From Candidatus Krumholzibacteriia bacterium (lineage in GTDB: Bacteria; Krumholzibacteriota; Krumholzibacteriia; JAJRXK01), in NCBI GenBank assembly GCA_029932915.1, contig JAOZPE010000002.1, positions 7,546 to 71,545 of the forward strand: DNA of 64,000 nucleotides. Direction: 5' to 3'. The position numbers were made by a program, and so were the translations under genes. The notes beneath the pieces are model-generated. The model searched no databases, was not told where the DNA came from, and saw nothing but the letters and a program-made list of their open reading frames with translations. Positions 18,458 to 27,757 of the stretch are shown piece by piece (the first letter of the stretch is position 1; every line of letters starts with the position of its first letter).

Positions 18458-19582
18458 CTACTCCAGGACGTAGATGTTCTTCTTCTCGCAGATCTCCTTG
18501 AGCTGCTTGGGCCACACGGTGACGCTCACCTCACCCAGGTGCGCCTTGCGCAGCAGGTACATGTAGGTGCGTGACTGGCCGATGCCGCCGCCGATGGACA
18601 GGGGGATCTCGTCGTTGAGGATGGCCTGGTGGTAGGGAAGTTCGAGGTCCTTCTCCAGGCCGGCCATCTTCATCTGGGTCACCAGGGTGTCCTTGGTCAC
18701 GCGCACGCCCATCGAGGTGAGTTCATGACGGCGCTTGGTCACCGGGTTCCACACCAGGATGTCCCCGTTGATGCCGTGCATGGTCTTGCCGTTCTTGGTG
18801 ATGGTCTCGGTCACCCAGTCGTCGTAGTCGGCGGCGCGCATCTCGTGCGGATAGCCGTCTTCCAGGGGCCAGCCGATGCCGATGATGAAGACCGCGGGAT
18901 ACTTCTTCAGGATCTCCGTCTCCCGCTGCTTGCGCGGCAGATCGGGGAACATGTCGAGGATCTCCTCGGCGTGGAGGAAGGTCAGCTCCTCGGGGAAGTC
19001 GGGGAAGCCGTCGGCGAGTTGCGGATACATCTCCTGGGCCAGCTTGCCCGCCCCGTGCAGGACCTTCCAGATGCGCTGGACCGTGTCCTTGAGGTAGTCG
19101 AGGGTGCGGTCCTTCTCGGTGATGACCCGCTCCCAGTCCCACTGGTCGACGTAGGCGCTGTGGTCGTGATCGAGGAAGTAGTCCTTGCGCACCGCGCGCA
19201 TGTCGGTGAGCACGCCCTCGCCCACCTTGCAGCCGAATTCCTTCAGTGCCATCCTCTTCCACTTGGTCGCGGCCTGCACCACCTGGGCGGTGATGGGCTT
19301 GTCCAGTCCGAGGCCACAGGGAAATTCGACTGGCGTGCGCGACCCGTCGCGGTCGAGCATGTCATTGACGCCGCTTTCCTTGTCGACGATGAGCGGCACC
19401 TGCACCATCTGCAGATTCAGTTCCCTGGCCAGGCCGTCCTCGATGTGCTTCTTCACCGCGTACAGGGCCTTCATGGTCTCCATGGGAGTGAGCAGGCTCT
19501 TGTAGTCGGTGGGGAGGATCTTCTCCACTTCCTCGTAGGTCGAGATTCCGGGACCGGCCAGATCCGCTTTCTTGTCCGCCAT
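18458..19582 (-). CDS. asnA: aspartate--ammonia ligase (asparagine synthetase A) with a ~45-aa N-terminal extension
   Basis: ATG 19582 with AAGGAAG RBS. Motifs HSAYVDQWDWERVI, GDILVWNPV, SIGGGIGQSRTYMYLL match AsnA. Confidence 0.85.
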   Translation of the reverse strand: MADKKADLAGPGISTYEEVEKILPTDYKSLLTPMETMKALYAVKKHIEDGLARELNLQMVQVPLIVDKESGVNDMLDRDGSRTPVEFPCGLGLDKPITAQVVQAATKWKRMALKEFGCKVGEGVLTDMRAVRKDYFLDHDHSAYVDQWDWERVITEKDRTLDYLKDTVQRIWKVLHGAGKLAQEMYPQLADGFPDFPEELTFLHAEEILDMFPDLPRKQRETEILKKYPAVFIIGIGWPLEDGYPHEMRAADYDDWVTETITKNGKTMHGINGDILVWNPVTKRRHELTSMGVRVTKDTLVTQMKMAGLEKDLELPYHQAILNDEIPLSIGGGIGQSRTYMYLLRKAHLGEVSVTVWPKQLKEICEKKNIYVLE

Positions 19583-19807
19583 ACCGAAACTTCCTTTCCG
19601 GGAGCTCCGGGCTCCCATCACCCGTGGTCGGGGGGCCTTCCCCCTCGAAGGGAGTGCCGAAAACACCCGTCGAAGATGGTACCAGACCGCGGTGGGGAAA
19701 AGGACGAATCCTCCAGCACCGAAGGAGTCCCTCCCGGGCCGAAGCCCTCTTCTGGCGCGCTTGTCCCGGCGGACCCCGGCGGTCGCCAGGACGAGGGGGA
19801 GAGAGGT

Positions 19808-20938
19808 TCACGAGCCCGGTTCCAGCTCCAGGAGACGGCAGGGGCCATAGACCTCGAAACGGTTGACCAGGATGCTCCTGGCCGACCAGCTCACACCTCC
19901 GGCGTAGGACGCGGCCGTCCAACCCGTCAGGGGCTGGTAGGCGTCCAGGTGGCCCGAGCGGTCGATCCGGAAGAGGAGGGGCAGATACCAGCTCTGGCTC
20001 CAGAAATGGTCGTCTCCCCAACTCAGGCCGTGCATCTCCGGCAGATCGAAGGCGACGGAATCGATCACCGAGCCTTCTGGGGACAGTTCATCGAGGCATC
20101 GGCGTGCGCGGTCGAGGCTCCACAGGTGCCCTTCGCGCCAGGCGAGGCCGCCGGCGGCATGATCCAGGCGGATCCGTTCGACCAGCGTGCCGTCATCGGC
20201 GAAGACGACGATGTCCGAGACGCTGCCACCGCCGGTCTGGATCGGATAGGTGCCATGGAAGCAGCTGTCTCCGTAGGCCAGTGAACCGGAGGTCCAGTGG
20301 ACACCCTCATAGATGTAGACCGGCACGGTTGCGGTGACGGCCCAGGTCGAATCCAGGACCACATAGTCATTGAAGATGGAACTGAGCCAGACCTTGTCCT
20401 CCACCTGGACCAGGGAGAGGACATCGACCGGTGGCTCCATCGCTCGAGTCTCCTGGAGATCCAGCAGGGGAACCGGGGTCGCCGAGAAGGGGATCCTCAG
20501 GCCACAGGCCAGCGACGTGAGGACCGCTGTCAATGTACCGTCGTCGTGGACCGTGCCCGTCAATTGCAGATCGACGCCCGAGGCGGGATCGATACCATTG
20601 CCAAGGCTCAGCTTCCCCGAGTCGAGACGCCCACTGAGGGGAGAAAACGAGAGATTCTCGATCGTATCGGGTTGAATGAGGAGGCTTCCTTCGGTCTCAC
20701 CGTCCATCGCCTGCAGATCCAGGAGCATGGAAGCGGTGGATGCCGTCCTGACATCGGTCAAGACACCCTTGAACAGGTATCGCCCCGAGTCACCCTCCTC
20801 GGGAGCTGACGAGGTCGGACCCTCTTCCTTCCCGCACGCGCTCAGAAGGATTCCCGCCGCGACGAGGAGGATCCATACGGCCCCGCCGCGGCGGAAGCGA
20901 AAGGCCTGGGTAGTGGTGTCGAAGAAGATATGCCTCAC
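19808..20938 (-). CDS. hypothetical lipoprotein (about 376 aa)
   Basis: Probable GTG start at 20938 with a GAGGTG RBS. Signal peptide plus lipobox GGAVWILLVAAGILLSACG. Beta-rich body. No family recognised. Confidence 0.45.
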   Translation of the reverse strand: MRHIFFDTTTQAFRFRRGGAVWILLVAAGILLSACGKEEGPTSSAPEEGDSGRYLFKGVLTDVRTASTASMLLDLQAMDGETEGSLLIQPDTIENLSFSPLSGRLDSGKLSLGNGIDPASGVDLQLTGTVHDDGTLTAVLTSLACGLRIPFSATPVPLLDLQETRAMEPPVDVLSLVQVEDKVWLSSIFNDYVVLDSTWAVTATVPVYIYEGVHWTSGSLAYGDSCFHGTYPIQTGGGSVSDIVVFADDGTLVERIRLDHAAGGLAWREGHLWSLDRARRCLDELSPEGSVIDSVAFDLPEMHGLSWGDDHFWSQSWYLPLLFRIDRSGHLDAYQPLTGWTAASYAGGVSWSARSILVNRFEVYGPCRLLELEPGS

Positions 20939-20946
20939 TGGGCCCT

Positions 20947-21435
20947 TCACCTCTTTCTGGTCAATGAGAGCAGCAGATCCCGCAGTTCGGCCGTCGGGCC
21001 GGTGGTGCACCCGGTGATCTTCACCCAGAACAGATCGTTCTGCTGGAGCAGGCGGAGTTCCTCGATCGGGCCCGCGGTGGCCTCGCAGCCGGCGTCGCTT
21101 CGCTTGAAGATCTCCACCATCGAGCCGTCCAGGGCAAGACTCTTCACCTGCTCGACCACGGATGCGGCGAGGGTGTCGACGGTGGTGATGACCGAGGGAT
21201 CGCCCAGGGGGTTCACCCGAAGCTCTCCCTTCCAGAGCACCTGGATGAAGCCGAGGGAGTCGGCGCCGTCGGTGAGGGTGACGGGCCGCTGCAGCAGTGC
21301 GACCCCGGATTCGACGAGGTCGAGCCCGGGGTCGGTCGGCGGGGGAGGCGGCGGTCCACTCGTGTCCTCGCTGGAACACGCGGCCAGCAGGAGAAGCACG
21401 AGAAGCAGAACCCCGGCTGGGGTGGACTTGGACAT
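20947..21435 (-). CDS. hypothetical lipoprotein (163 aa)
   Basis: ATG 21435 preceded by AGAGGAAAC. MSKSTPAGVLLLVLLLLAACSSED lipobox. Pro-rich linker PPPPPPTDP. Confidence 0.5.
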   Translation of the reverse strand: MSKSTPAGVLLLVLLLLAACSSEDTSGPPPPPPTDPGLDLVESGVALLQRPVTLTDGADSLGFIQVLWKGELRVNPLGDPSVITTVDTLAASVVEQVKSLALDGSMVEIFKRSDAGCEATAGPIEELRLLQQNDLFWVKITGCTTGPTAELRDLLLSLTRKR

Positions 21436-21503
21436 CGCGTTTCCTCTTTCGGGTCTACCCGAAAGTATACGGGAATTCCCGGCGATCGAGTAGTGTGGGC
21501 GCC

Positions 21504-22016
21504 TCAGACCTCGAATTCCTTGAAGATCTTGGCCAGCGCGTTGCAGACCGGGCAGCGGTCGGGCACCTCGTCGCCGACGACGGTGTAGCCGCAGATGGGA
21601 CACACGAAGACCTTCACCTCGGAGATGTCCTCACCGGCATCGACGGCCTTCTTGGCCATGGCATAGAGCTCGCTGTGGATCTTCTCCGCCTCCAGCGCGT
21701 AGTCCATGCTCTGGACCGCTTTCTTCTCGCCCTGAAGTTCGGCCACCGCCTTGTAGGCCGGGTACATCTCGTCGATCTCGAAGTCTTCGCCCTTCTTCGA
21801 TTCCACGAGGTTCTCGGTCGTGTCGCCGATCCCGTCGAGGGCCTTGAGATGGTTGGTGGCGTGGACGAGTTCCGCGTAGGCGATGGCGCGGTAGAGGTTG
21901 GCGATACGGACCTTGCCCTCCTTCTCGGCCACGTCCGCGAACGCCATGTACTTCATGTGCGCCTGGCTCTCTCCGGCGAAGGCCGCCTTCAGGAATTCCT
22001 CGGTCATCGGATGCAT
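21504..22016 (-). CDS. rbr: rubrerythrin (diiron ferritin-like domain + C-terminal rubredoxin-like CxxC..CxxC)
   Basis: E..H diiron ligand pattern (ESQAHMKY, YAELVHATNH) and C-terminal VCPICGYTVVGDEVPDRCPVCNA. The start may be Met4 at 22007. Confidence 0.88.
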   Translation of the reverse strand: MHPMTEEFLKAAFAGESQAHMKYMAFADVAEKEGKVRIANLYRAIAYAELVHATNHLKALDGIGDTTENLVESKKGEDFEIDEMYPAYKAVAELQGEKKAVQSMDYALEAEKIHSELYAMAKKAVDAGEDISEVKVFVCPICGYTVVGDEVPDRCPVCNALAKIFKEFEV

Positions 22017-22070
22017 GTTCGGTCCTTTCCATGGGTCCCGGTTGGGGTCCCAATGAACAATGATTTCTCG

Positions 22071-23621
22071 TCAGCCCCGCCAAGAGGGCAGAATCTCCTC
22101 GACCTGGGGAAGGAAGGCTCCTTCCTCCACCAGTTGCGAGATGGCTTCGATGTCGGGCGCGAAGTAGCGGTCGCTCTCGTAGAACGGCACCCGCTTGCGA
22201 ATGAGCGAGGTGACTTCGCGCAGCTGGGGGGAAGTCTCATGTGGCCGGTGGAAGTCGATGCCCTGACATGCCGCCAACAGTTCGATCGCAACGACCCTGG
22301 CGGTGTTGGCGGCCATGCGTGACAAACGACGCGCCCCATGCGCCGCCATGCTCACGTGATCCTCCTGGTTGGCCGAAGTCGGAACGCTGTCCACCGAAGC
22401 CGGATGTGAGAGCTGGCGGTTCTCGCTCACCAACGAGGCGGCGGTCACGTGGGCGATCATGAAGCCCGAGTTCACCCCGCTGTCCTCGACGAGGAAGGCC
22501 GGCAGGCCGCTCATCTTCGGATCGGTCAACAGGGCGATCCGCCGCTCGCTGATCGAGGCCATCTCCACCAGGGGCAGGGCGAGCACATCGGCGGCGAAGG
22601 CCACCGGCTCGGCGTGGAAGTTGCCCCCGCTGATCACCTCGCCGGTGTCCGGGAAGACCAGTGGATTGTCGGTGACCGCGTTGGCCTCGATCACCAGACG
22701 CTCGGCCGCGAAGCCGATGGCATCCAGGCAGGCGCCCATCACCTGGGGCTGGCAGCGAAGGCTGTAGGGATCCTGCACCCGGTCGCAGTCGCGATGGCTG
22801 GCGAGGATGTCCGAACCCTCCACCAGTCTCAGGTAGAGTCTCGCCACTGCGATCTGGCCGGGCTGTCCCCGCAGCTCCTGGATGCGCGGATCGAAGGGGG
22901 CGAGGCTGGCCTTGGCCGCATCGATGCTCAGGGCACCGGCCACGATGGCCGCGGCCAGGTCGTTCTCCGCGGCGAAGAGGCCGCGCAGGGCCAGCGCGGT
23001 GGAGACCTGGGTGCCGTTGATCAAGGCCAGGCCCTCCTTCGGTGCCAACTCCATCGGAGCGAGGCCTGCCTCGGCGAGTCCCTCGGCCGCCGGCAGCTGG
23101 CGGCCCTGCCGGCGCAGGTGGCCTTCACCCAGGAGGGTGGCGGCCAGGTGGGCCAGCGGCGCCAGATCGCCCGATGCGCCGACCGAACCCTGCGAGGGAA
23201 CCACCGGCAGCCAACCGGAGTTCAGCAGGGTGAGCAGCGCTTCGATCACCTTCCATCGCACACCGCTGTGGCCGCGGGCCAGGCTGGCGATCTTCAGGGC
23301 CAGCACCAGCCGGACGGTCGCATCGTCCAGGGCTTCGCCCACACCGCAACTGTGCGAGAGCAGGAGATTGCGCTGGAGCAGGGAGAGCTGGTCGGAGGGG
23401 ATGCGGGTCTGGGCCAACAGGCCGAAGCCGGTGTTCACCCCGTAGGCGGTGCGCTCCTCCGAGAGGATGCGCTCGACCACTTCGCGTCCCTGCTCGACCG
23501 CTTCGCGGGCCCCATCCTCCAGTTCCACCGGGGGCGAGAGCTCGACGATACGGCGCAGCTCGGCCAGGTTCATCCGGCCCGGCCGCAGCACCACCTCCGG
23601 CGTGGAGGAATTCGTCTTCAT
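22071..23621 (-). CDS. hutH: histidine ammonia-lyase
   Basis: 516 aa. N-terminus [19 protein letters not shown]-forming triad [14 protein letters not shown]. Family-wide collinearity. Confidence 0.9.
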   Translation of the reverse strand: MKTNSSTPEVVLRPGRMNLAELRRIVELSPPVELEDGAREAVEQGREVVERILSEERTAYGVNTGFGLLAQTRIPSDQLSLLQRNLLLSHSCGVGEALDDATVRLVLALKIASLARGHSGVRWKVIEALLTLLNSGWLPVVPSQGSVGASGDLAPLAHLAATLLGEGHLRRQGRQLPAAEGLAEAGLAPMELAPKEGLALINGTQVSTALALRGLFAAENDLAAAIVAGALSIDAAKASLAPFDPRIQELRGQPGQIAVARLYLRLVEGSDILASHRDCDRVQDPYSLRCQPQVMGACLDAIGFAAERLVIEANAVTDNPLVFPDTGEVISGGNFHAEPVAFAADVLALPLVEMASISERRIALLTDPKMSGLPAFLVEDSGVNSGFMIAHVTAASLVSENRQLSHPASVDSVPTSANQEDHVSMAAHGARRLSRMAANTARVVAIELLAACQGIDFHRPHETSPQLREVTSLIRKRVPFYESDRYFAPDIEAISQLVEEGAFLPQVEEILPSWRG

Positions 23622-24991
23622 GCGGTCTCCACCGGCCCGGTGGCGGTGTGGGGATGGCCCCTGTCCCGCAGGGAGTCATCGGCAGCGGTCCGGCGGCGTT
23701 CGTATTCGCCGAAGAGTTCGGCCAGCAGACGCGGCACCAGTCTCATCCGCTCGGGGGTCTCCACGTAGGCCACGCGCAACTGGGTGCGGCCGGGGTTCTC
23801 CTGTCCCGGTTCGACGTTGTAGAAGCCGGCCATCGGCGCGGTCAACAAGGTCATCCTGCGGCCGTCGATGTCGACTCCGCCTTCACTTGCGCAGAAGAGA
23901 ACGAAGTCCATGGCGTCGAAGCCCGGCGCCGCGATCCGTCGCAGATCGACCACTGAGTAGAGCGCAGCGTCCGGACGGGACACGATGACCCCGGGAAGCC
24001 GTTGCTTCAACTCTTCGGTGAACGCGCTGAGCATCTCGCGGTAGTAGTCGCGCTGGTGCTGGAACCACCGTTGAAGCCGCTCGTGGCTCTGATGGGCCAG
24101 AGCGCCGAAGATCCATTGCCCGATGTGATTGGCGCACAGGCTGGCGGTGTTCTCCGCCACCGCGCGCTGGTGGAATTCCTCGTTGTCGGTGATGAGCGCG
24201 CCGATGCGCAGCCCGCAGGCGTTCCATACCTTGCTCGAGCTCTCGATGCTGATGCGCCGGCCGGTGATTCCGGGGACCTCGCTCTCATCCAGAAGCCAGA
24301 TGCTGATGCTCTCCTCTCCGCGGTAGAAGAGTTCGCGGTAGGCCTCGTCGCTGATGATCCAGATGTCGTGCTTCACACACAGCCGGGCCAGTTCCACGAG
24401 CTGCTCGCGGCGGTAGAGTTGACCGGTCGGGTTGTCGTAGGGGATGACCACCATGCCGCCGGGTTTCTCCCGGACGATGACCTCCTCGATCTCCTCCGGC
24501 GAGGGAAGCTGGAAGTGGCCGTCCTCGTCGAGCCGGCGGGTGATGGACACCGTGCGGCGTCCCAGGCGCTCGGCGAAGGCCTTGTAGTTGGTGTAGGCGG
24601 CATCGATCAGCAGGAGCGGGCGCTCGTCGCTGCCGGCCGGGCCGCAGACGCCCAGGATGACCAGCTCCATCGCCTGGCTGCCCCCGTCGGTGATCTGGGG
24701 ATGCAGTCCGGCGGTGGAGCAACCGCTGGCCGCGAGGATGTTCAGGAACGCGGCGTTCGTCTCCTCCAACCCGACCGTCGGAGTGTAGCGCACCACACCA
24801 TCGCGGAAGGGGCTGTCAGCGGCGGTGAGATTCCCCATCCTCTCACGCAGGGCTTCATGCATGGGCAACGAGACGTTGCCGATGGCGACGTTCACTGCTT
24901 CGCAGGCATCCTCACGTTCGGCGAAACGGATGCCGGCGATGCGGATGGCCGAGGCCTGACGCTTCTGGAAGTGGGGGGACAGCATGGGCAT
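23618..24991 (-). CDS. PLP-dependent aminotransferase, class I/II
   Basis: ATG 24991 with AGGAG RBS. PLP-lysine region [14 protein letters not shown] and fold-type I signature ISDEAYREL. The stop overlaps the hutH start by 4 nt. Confidence 0.8.
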   Translation of the reverse strand: MPMLSPHFQKRQASAIRIAGIRFAEREDACEAVNVAIGNVSLPMHEALRERMGNLTAADSPFRDGVVRYTPTVGLEETNAAFLNILAASGCSTAGLHPQITDGGSQAMELVILGVCGPAGSDERPLLLIDAAYTNYKAFAERLGRRTVSITRRLDEDGHFQLPSPEEIEEVIVREKPGGMVVIPYDNPTGQLYRREQLVELARLCVKHDIWIISDEAYRELFYRGEESISIWLLDESEVPGITGRRISIESSSKVWNACGLRIGALITDNEEFHQRAVAENTASLCANHIGQWIFGALAHQSHERLQRWFQHQRDYYREMLSAFTEELKQRLPGVIVSRPDAALYSVVDLRRIAAPGFDAMDFVLFCASEGGVDIDGRRMTLLTAPMAGFYNVEPGQENPGRTQLRVAYVETPERMRLVPRLLAELFGEYERRRTAADDSLRDRGHPHTATGPVETA

Positions 24992-25221
24992 GATCCGCTC
25001 CTGGGATGAAGGAGGTTCCCTGTCTGGAAGGGAAACGGCCGAGGCGGTTGCGGTCAGGAAAGCGCGACGAAGATGCCCTGCGGAAAGACATCTCATGCGC
25101 CGGGAAAAGATAATGCCGGTCCATGCCGGTCTCAAGGTCTGGATGTCTCCACCGCATCGAAGGCGGGTCTGCCGCGGTCCGGCGCCGGGGAGGGCGGATG
25201 GAGGATCGGCAATGGGCGACT

Positions 25222-27558
25222 TCAGTTGAGGACGGGTAATCCCCAGCGATCGCGGAGGATCCAGACCAGGGCGGCCTGTGTCTTGGCGAAATCGAAAGCC
25301 AGGGGATGGAAACCCCAGATGAAGTCCTCACTCCCCTGACGGGGTTTCGTCGACGAGTAGGTGGTGATGGCCAGCCCGATGGGGACCTGGTCGAGAACGC
25401 TGCGCTCATATCCCAGTGGTCGGCATTCGGTGGCCGGATCATCGATGAAGGGTTCACCCGTTCGGGGATCGATCTCGTCCCGGGCCGCCCGCAGTGCAAA
25501 CATCGTCTTCTGACAGGGCCGGAGGGAGATGGTCACCGGTCGGCAGGAGACATTGCGGTTGTAGAACTCCTCGTAGTCGAACTTGTACAGCGGGTTGTTC
25601 TCGAGCCGGTCCTTCGATGGAGGAAGATCCTCGAGGACTCCCGATGAGCTGGGGTAGGAACGGCGGAACGCCTCGGGAACGACGGCGGTGATGAGCCGAT
25701 CGCACTGGGCGGTGCGTTTGGGAACCTGTTGTTCACACGCAACCGCTCCCATGGCGGGACGGATGACGTCCATGGCCTCCAGGCACCATGCATTCATGGG
25801 CCAGTCGTAGTAGGACACGTCGTCCTGGGAATAGATGACGGGATAGCTCGATATCGGGTCGGCGATGGCCCCATGCATGACGTACGGCCCGGTCATCAGG
25901 ACGTTTCCCGTCTTCTTCATGTAGAGCTGCATCCAATTGTAGGTGGGGCGATCGAGGGGAAAGATCCGTGCCCGCAGCGCGGAATCCGTCTTTCCTCCCT
26001 TGGTGAACCAGATGATGCTCTTGTACATGCTGATGGTCTCGAAGGTACAACGTTCGGGTTCGGTGTTGACCTTCAGGATGTCCACTTTCGCGTTCCAGTC
26101 CTCGACCCTACCTTCCAGATGGGCGGTCCAGGTGGACAGCCACATTCTCTGCAAGGCCAACTGGCTCGAAGTGTTCTGCCAGCCCCAGTCGTCGATCAGC
26201 AGAAGATTCCTCTGTTGTCGAGGACGGGGAATCGGGACCACGCTGAGATTGTACGTGCCGCGGGTGATGGCCCCGGAGTTGTCGCGTACCTGCACGACGA
26301 AGACGTGATCGCCACCTCGAAACGAGCGGCGTTCGATGGACCGCCATTGGAGCCCCCAACCCACGGACCAGCCCGGGTCGTCCTCGTCGTTGACGTCCTG
26401 AACGTCCCAGCCGTAGCGATAGGATTGGATGATTCCGCCATAGCGCGCAGCGTCCGCCGACCACTGGAACTCGATGGGTTGCTCGGCGATGACCCTGCTG
26501 GAGACGACAGCGTGCTGGCTGACGAAGGTCCGGCTTCCCAGATAGTGATCGGTGACGGTCAGGGAAGGGTACTTGCCCGAAGTGGTGCGCATGTGGCGTA
26601 CGTTCACGTTCCAGTCGAAGGTCGGGGTCACCGCGCCGGAGCGGTCGCGGGCCTGGACGGCGAAAAGCAGACGGCGGTCGATGTCGAAGAGGGGGAGGGT
26701 CACGATCCTGCCGCTGTCGTTGGGGGCGTCGTAGGCGATCCATCGACTCCACGCCTCGTCGGGCAAGAGCGCGATGGGATTCAACTCCGTATAGTCGGGC
26801 TGATTGAGGCATTCGTTGTCATCGAGATGGATCAGCTCGTCCAGTGGAGGGGGAAGTTCGCCGAGATCCAACAGGACATACCGCACGGCATCGGGTCGAC
26901 CCAGCGGATCGTCTGGATCGTTGACGGTCCAACCGAAGGTGAGCTTCCGGGTGGAGGACAGACAGGTCGTGGTGCTCGCCCGTGTCGGGTAGTCGATGAC
27001 GACCTTCGGCGCGATGGTCGTTGCGGTGAAGCTCTCGTGGGCCGGACTGGGATCGCGGGCGCCTTGATCATCGATGGCTCGGACGAAGAAGGTATGGGTC
27101 TGCCACCATCGGTAGGTGCCGTCCGATTGGTCGGGATCGTCGACGTCGTCGGGGAAGGAATCGAGGTCGGCGGAGACCACGAAGGTGGAATCGTAGGCGG
27201 TCGTCCGATTCCATGGCAGAGCGAGGGTGTCCTCGCGGTCGACGATTCCGTCGGGACCGTTGTCACTGATGCGCCACTCGAACGCCTCCACCGTTCCGTC
27301 GGGGTCGCTGCCCGCCCAGAAGAAGCTCACCTGGAAGGAGGCCGCATCCAGGTTGGGCGGGGCGATGGAAATGGACGTGTCCGGCGGGAGATTGGCGGCG
27401 GTGTCACCCTCGATTCCTTCACTCCAGCCACATCCCGCCAGCGACGATCCGAGGGCCAGCGCCAGGATCCAGGCATCCGGGATCGCCTGTGCGAGACCGG
27501 AGAGGAAACCTCTGGGGAGGACTCCCGTAGTTCGAGGGTGATCGCGGTGGGGAGTCAT
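25222..27558 (-). CDS. large lipoprotein (about 779 aa) with repeated Ig/FN3-like modules and an uncharacterised C-terminal domain
   Basis: ATG 27558. Signal peptide plus lipobox WILALALGSSLAGCG. Repeated F.W...DPDG...YRY-type modules. Confidence 0.5.
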   Translation of the reverse strand: MTPHRDHPRTTGVLPRGFLSGLAQAIPDAWILALALGSSLAGCGWSEGIEGDTAANLPPDTSISIAPPNLDAASFQVSFFWAGSDPDGTVEAFEWRISDNGPDGIVDREDTLALPWNRTTAYDSTFVVSADLDSFPDDVDDPDQSDGTYRWWQTHTFFVRAIDDQGARDPSPAHESFTATTIAPKVVIDYPTRASTTTCLSSTRKLTFGWTVNDPDDPLGRPDAVRYVLLDLGELPPPLDELIHLDDNECLNQPDYTELNPIALLPDEAWSRWIAYDAPNDSGRIVTLPLFDIDRRLLFAVQARDRSGAVTPTFDWNVNVRHMRTTSGKYPSLTVTDHYLGSRTFVSQHAVVSSRVIAEQPIEFQWSADAARYGGIIQSYRYGWDVQDVNDEDDPGWSVGWGLQWRSIERRSFRGGDHVFVVQVRDNSGAITRGTYNLSVVPIPRPRQQRNLLLIDDWGWQNTSSQLALQRMWLSTWTAHLEGRVEDWNAKVDILKVNTEPERCTFETISMYKSIIWFTKGGKTDSALRARIFPLDRPTYNWMQLYMKKTGNVLMTGPYVMHGAIADPISSYPVIYSQDDVSYYDWPMNAWCLEAMDVIRPAMGAVACEQQVPKRTAQCDRLITAVVPEAFRRSYPSSSGVLEDLPPSKDRLENNPLYKFDYEEFYNRNVSCRPVTISLRPCQKTMFALRAARDEIDPRTGEPFIDDPATECRPLGYERSVLDQVPIGLAITTYSSTKPRQGSEDFIWGFHPLAFDFAKTQAALVWILRDRWGLPVLN

Positions 27559-27757
27559 GGTCCGGTGTCCGCTGCCTTTGAGGTCGGTCTCGTCCGTACG
27601 AGTGGATACGGCCGGACCGCTCAGGGGAATCTGGCCCGAAGGGCTGGACTTCATCACTGGAGAATACGATCTTGAAGGCCGAAGAAACAGGCCTCGTCCG
27701 AAATCTCCGGTCTTTTTCAGCAGATGGGCCCCAGGGGTGTTTCAAGGGTACTCTCCC

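Noticed and set aside
18629-20284. 551-aa plus-strand ORF
   Set aside because: Antisense to asnA and the downstream lipoprotein gene. No recognisable domains.
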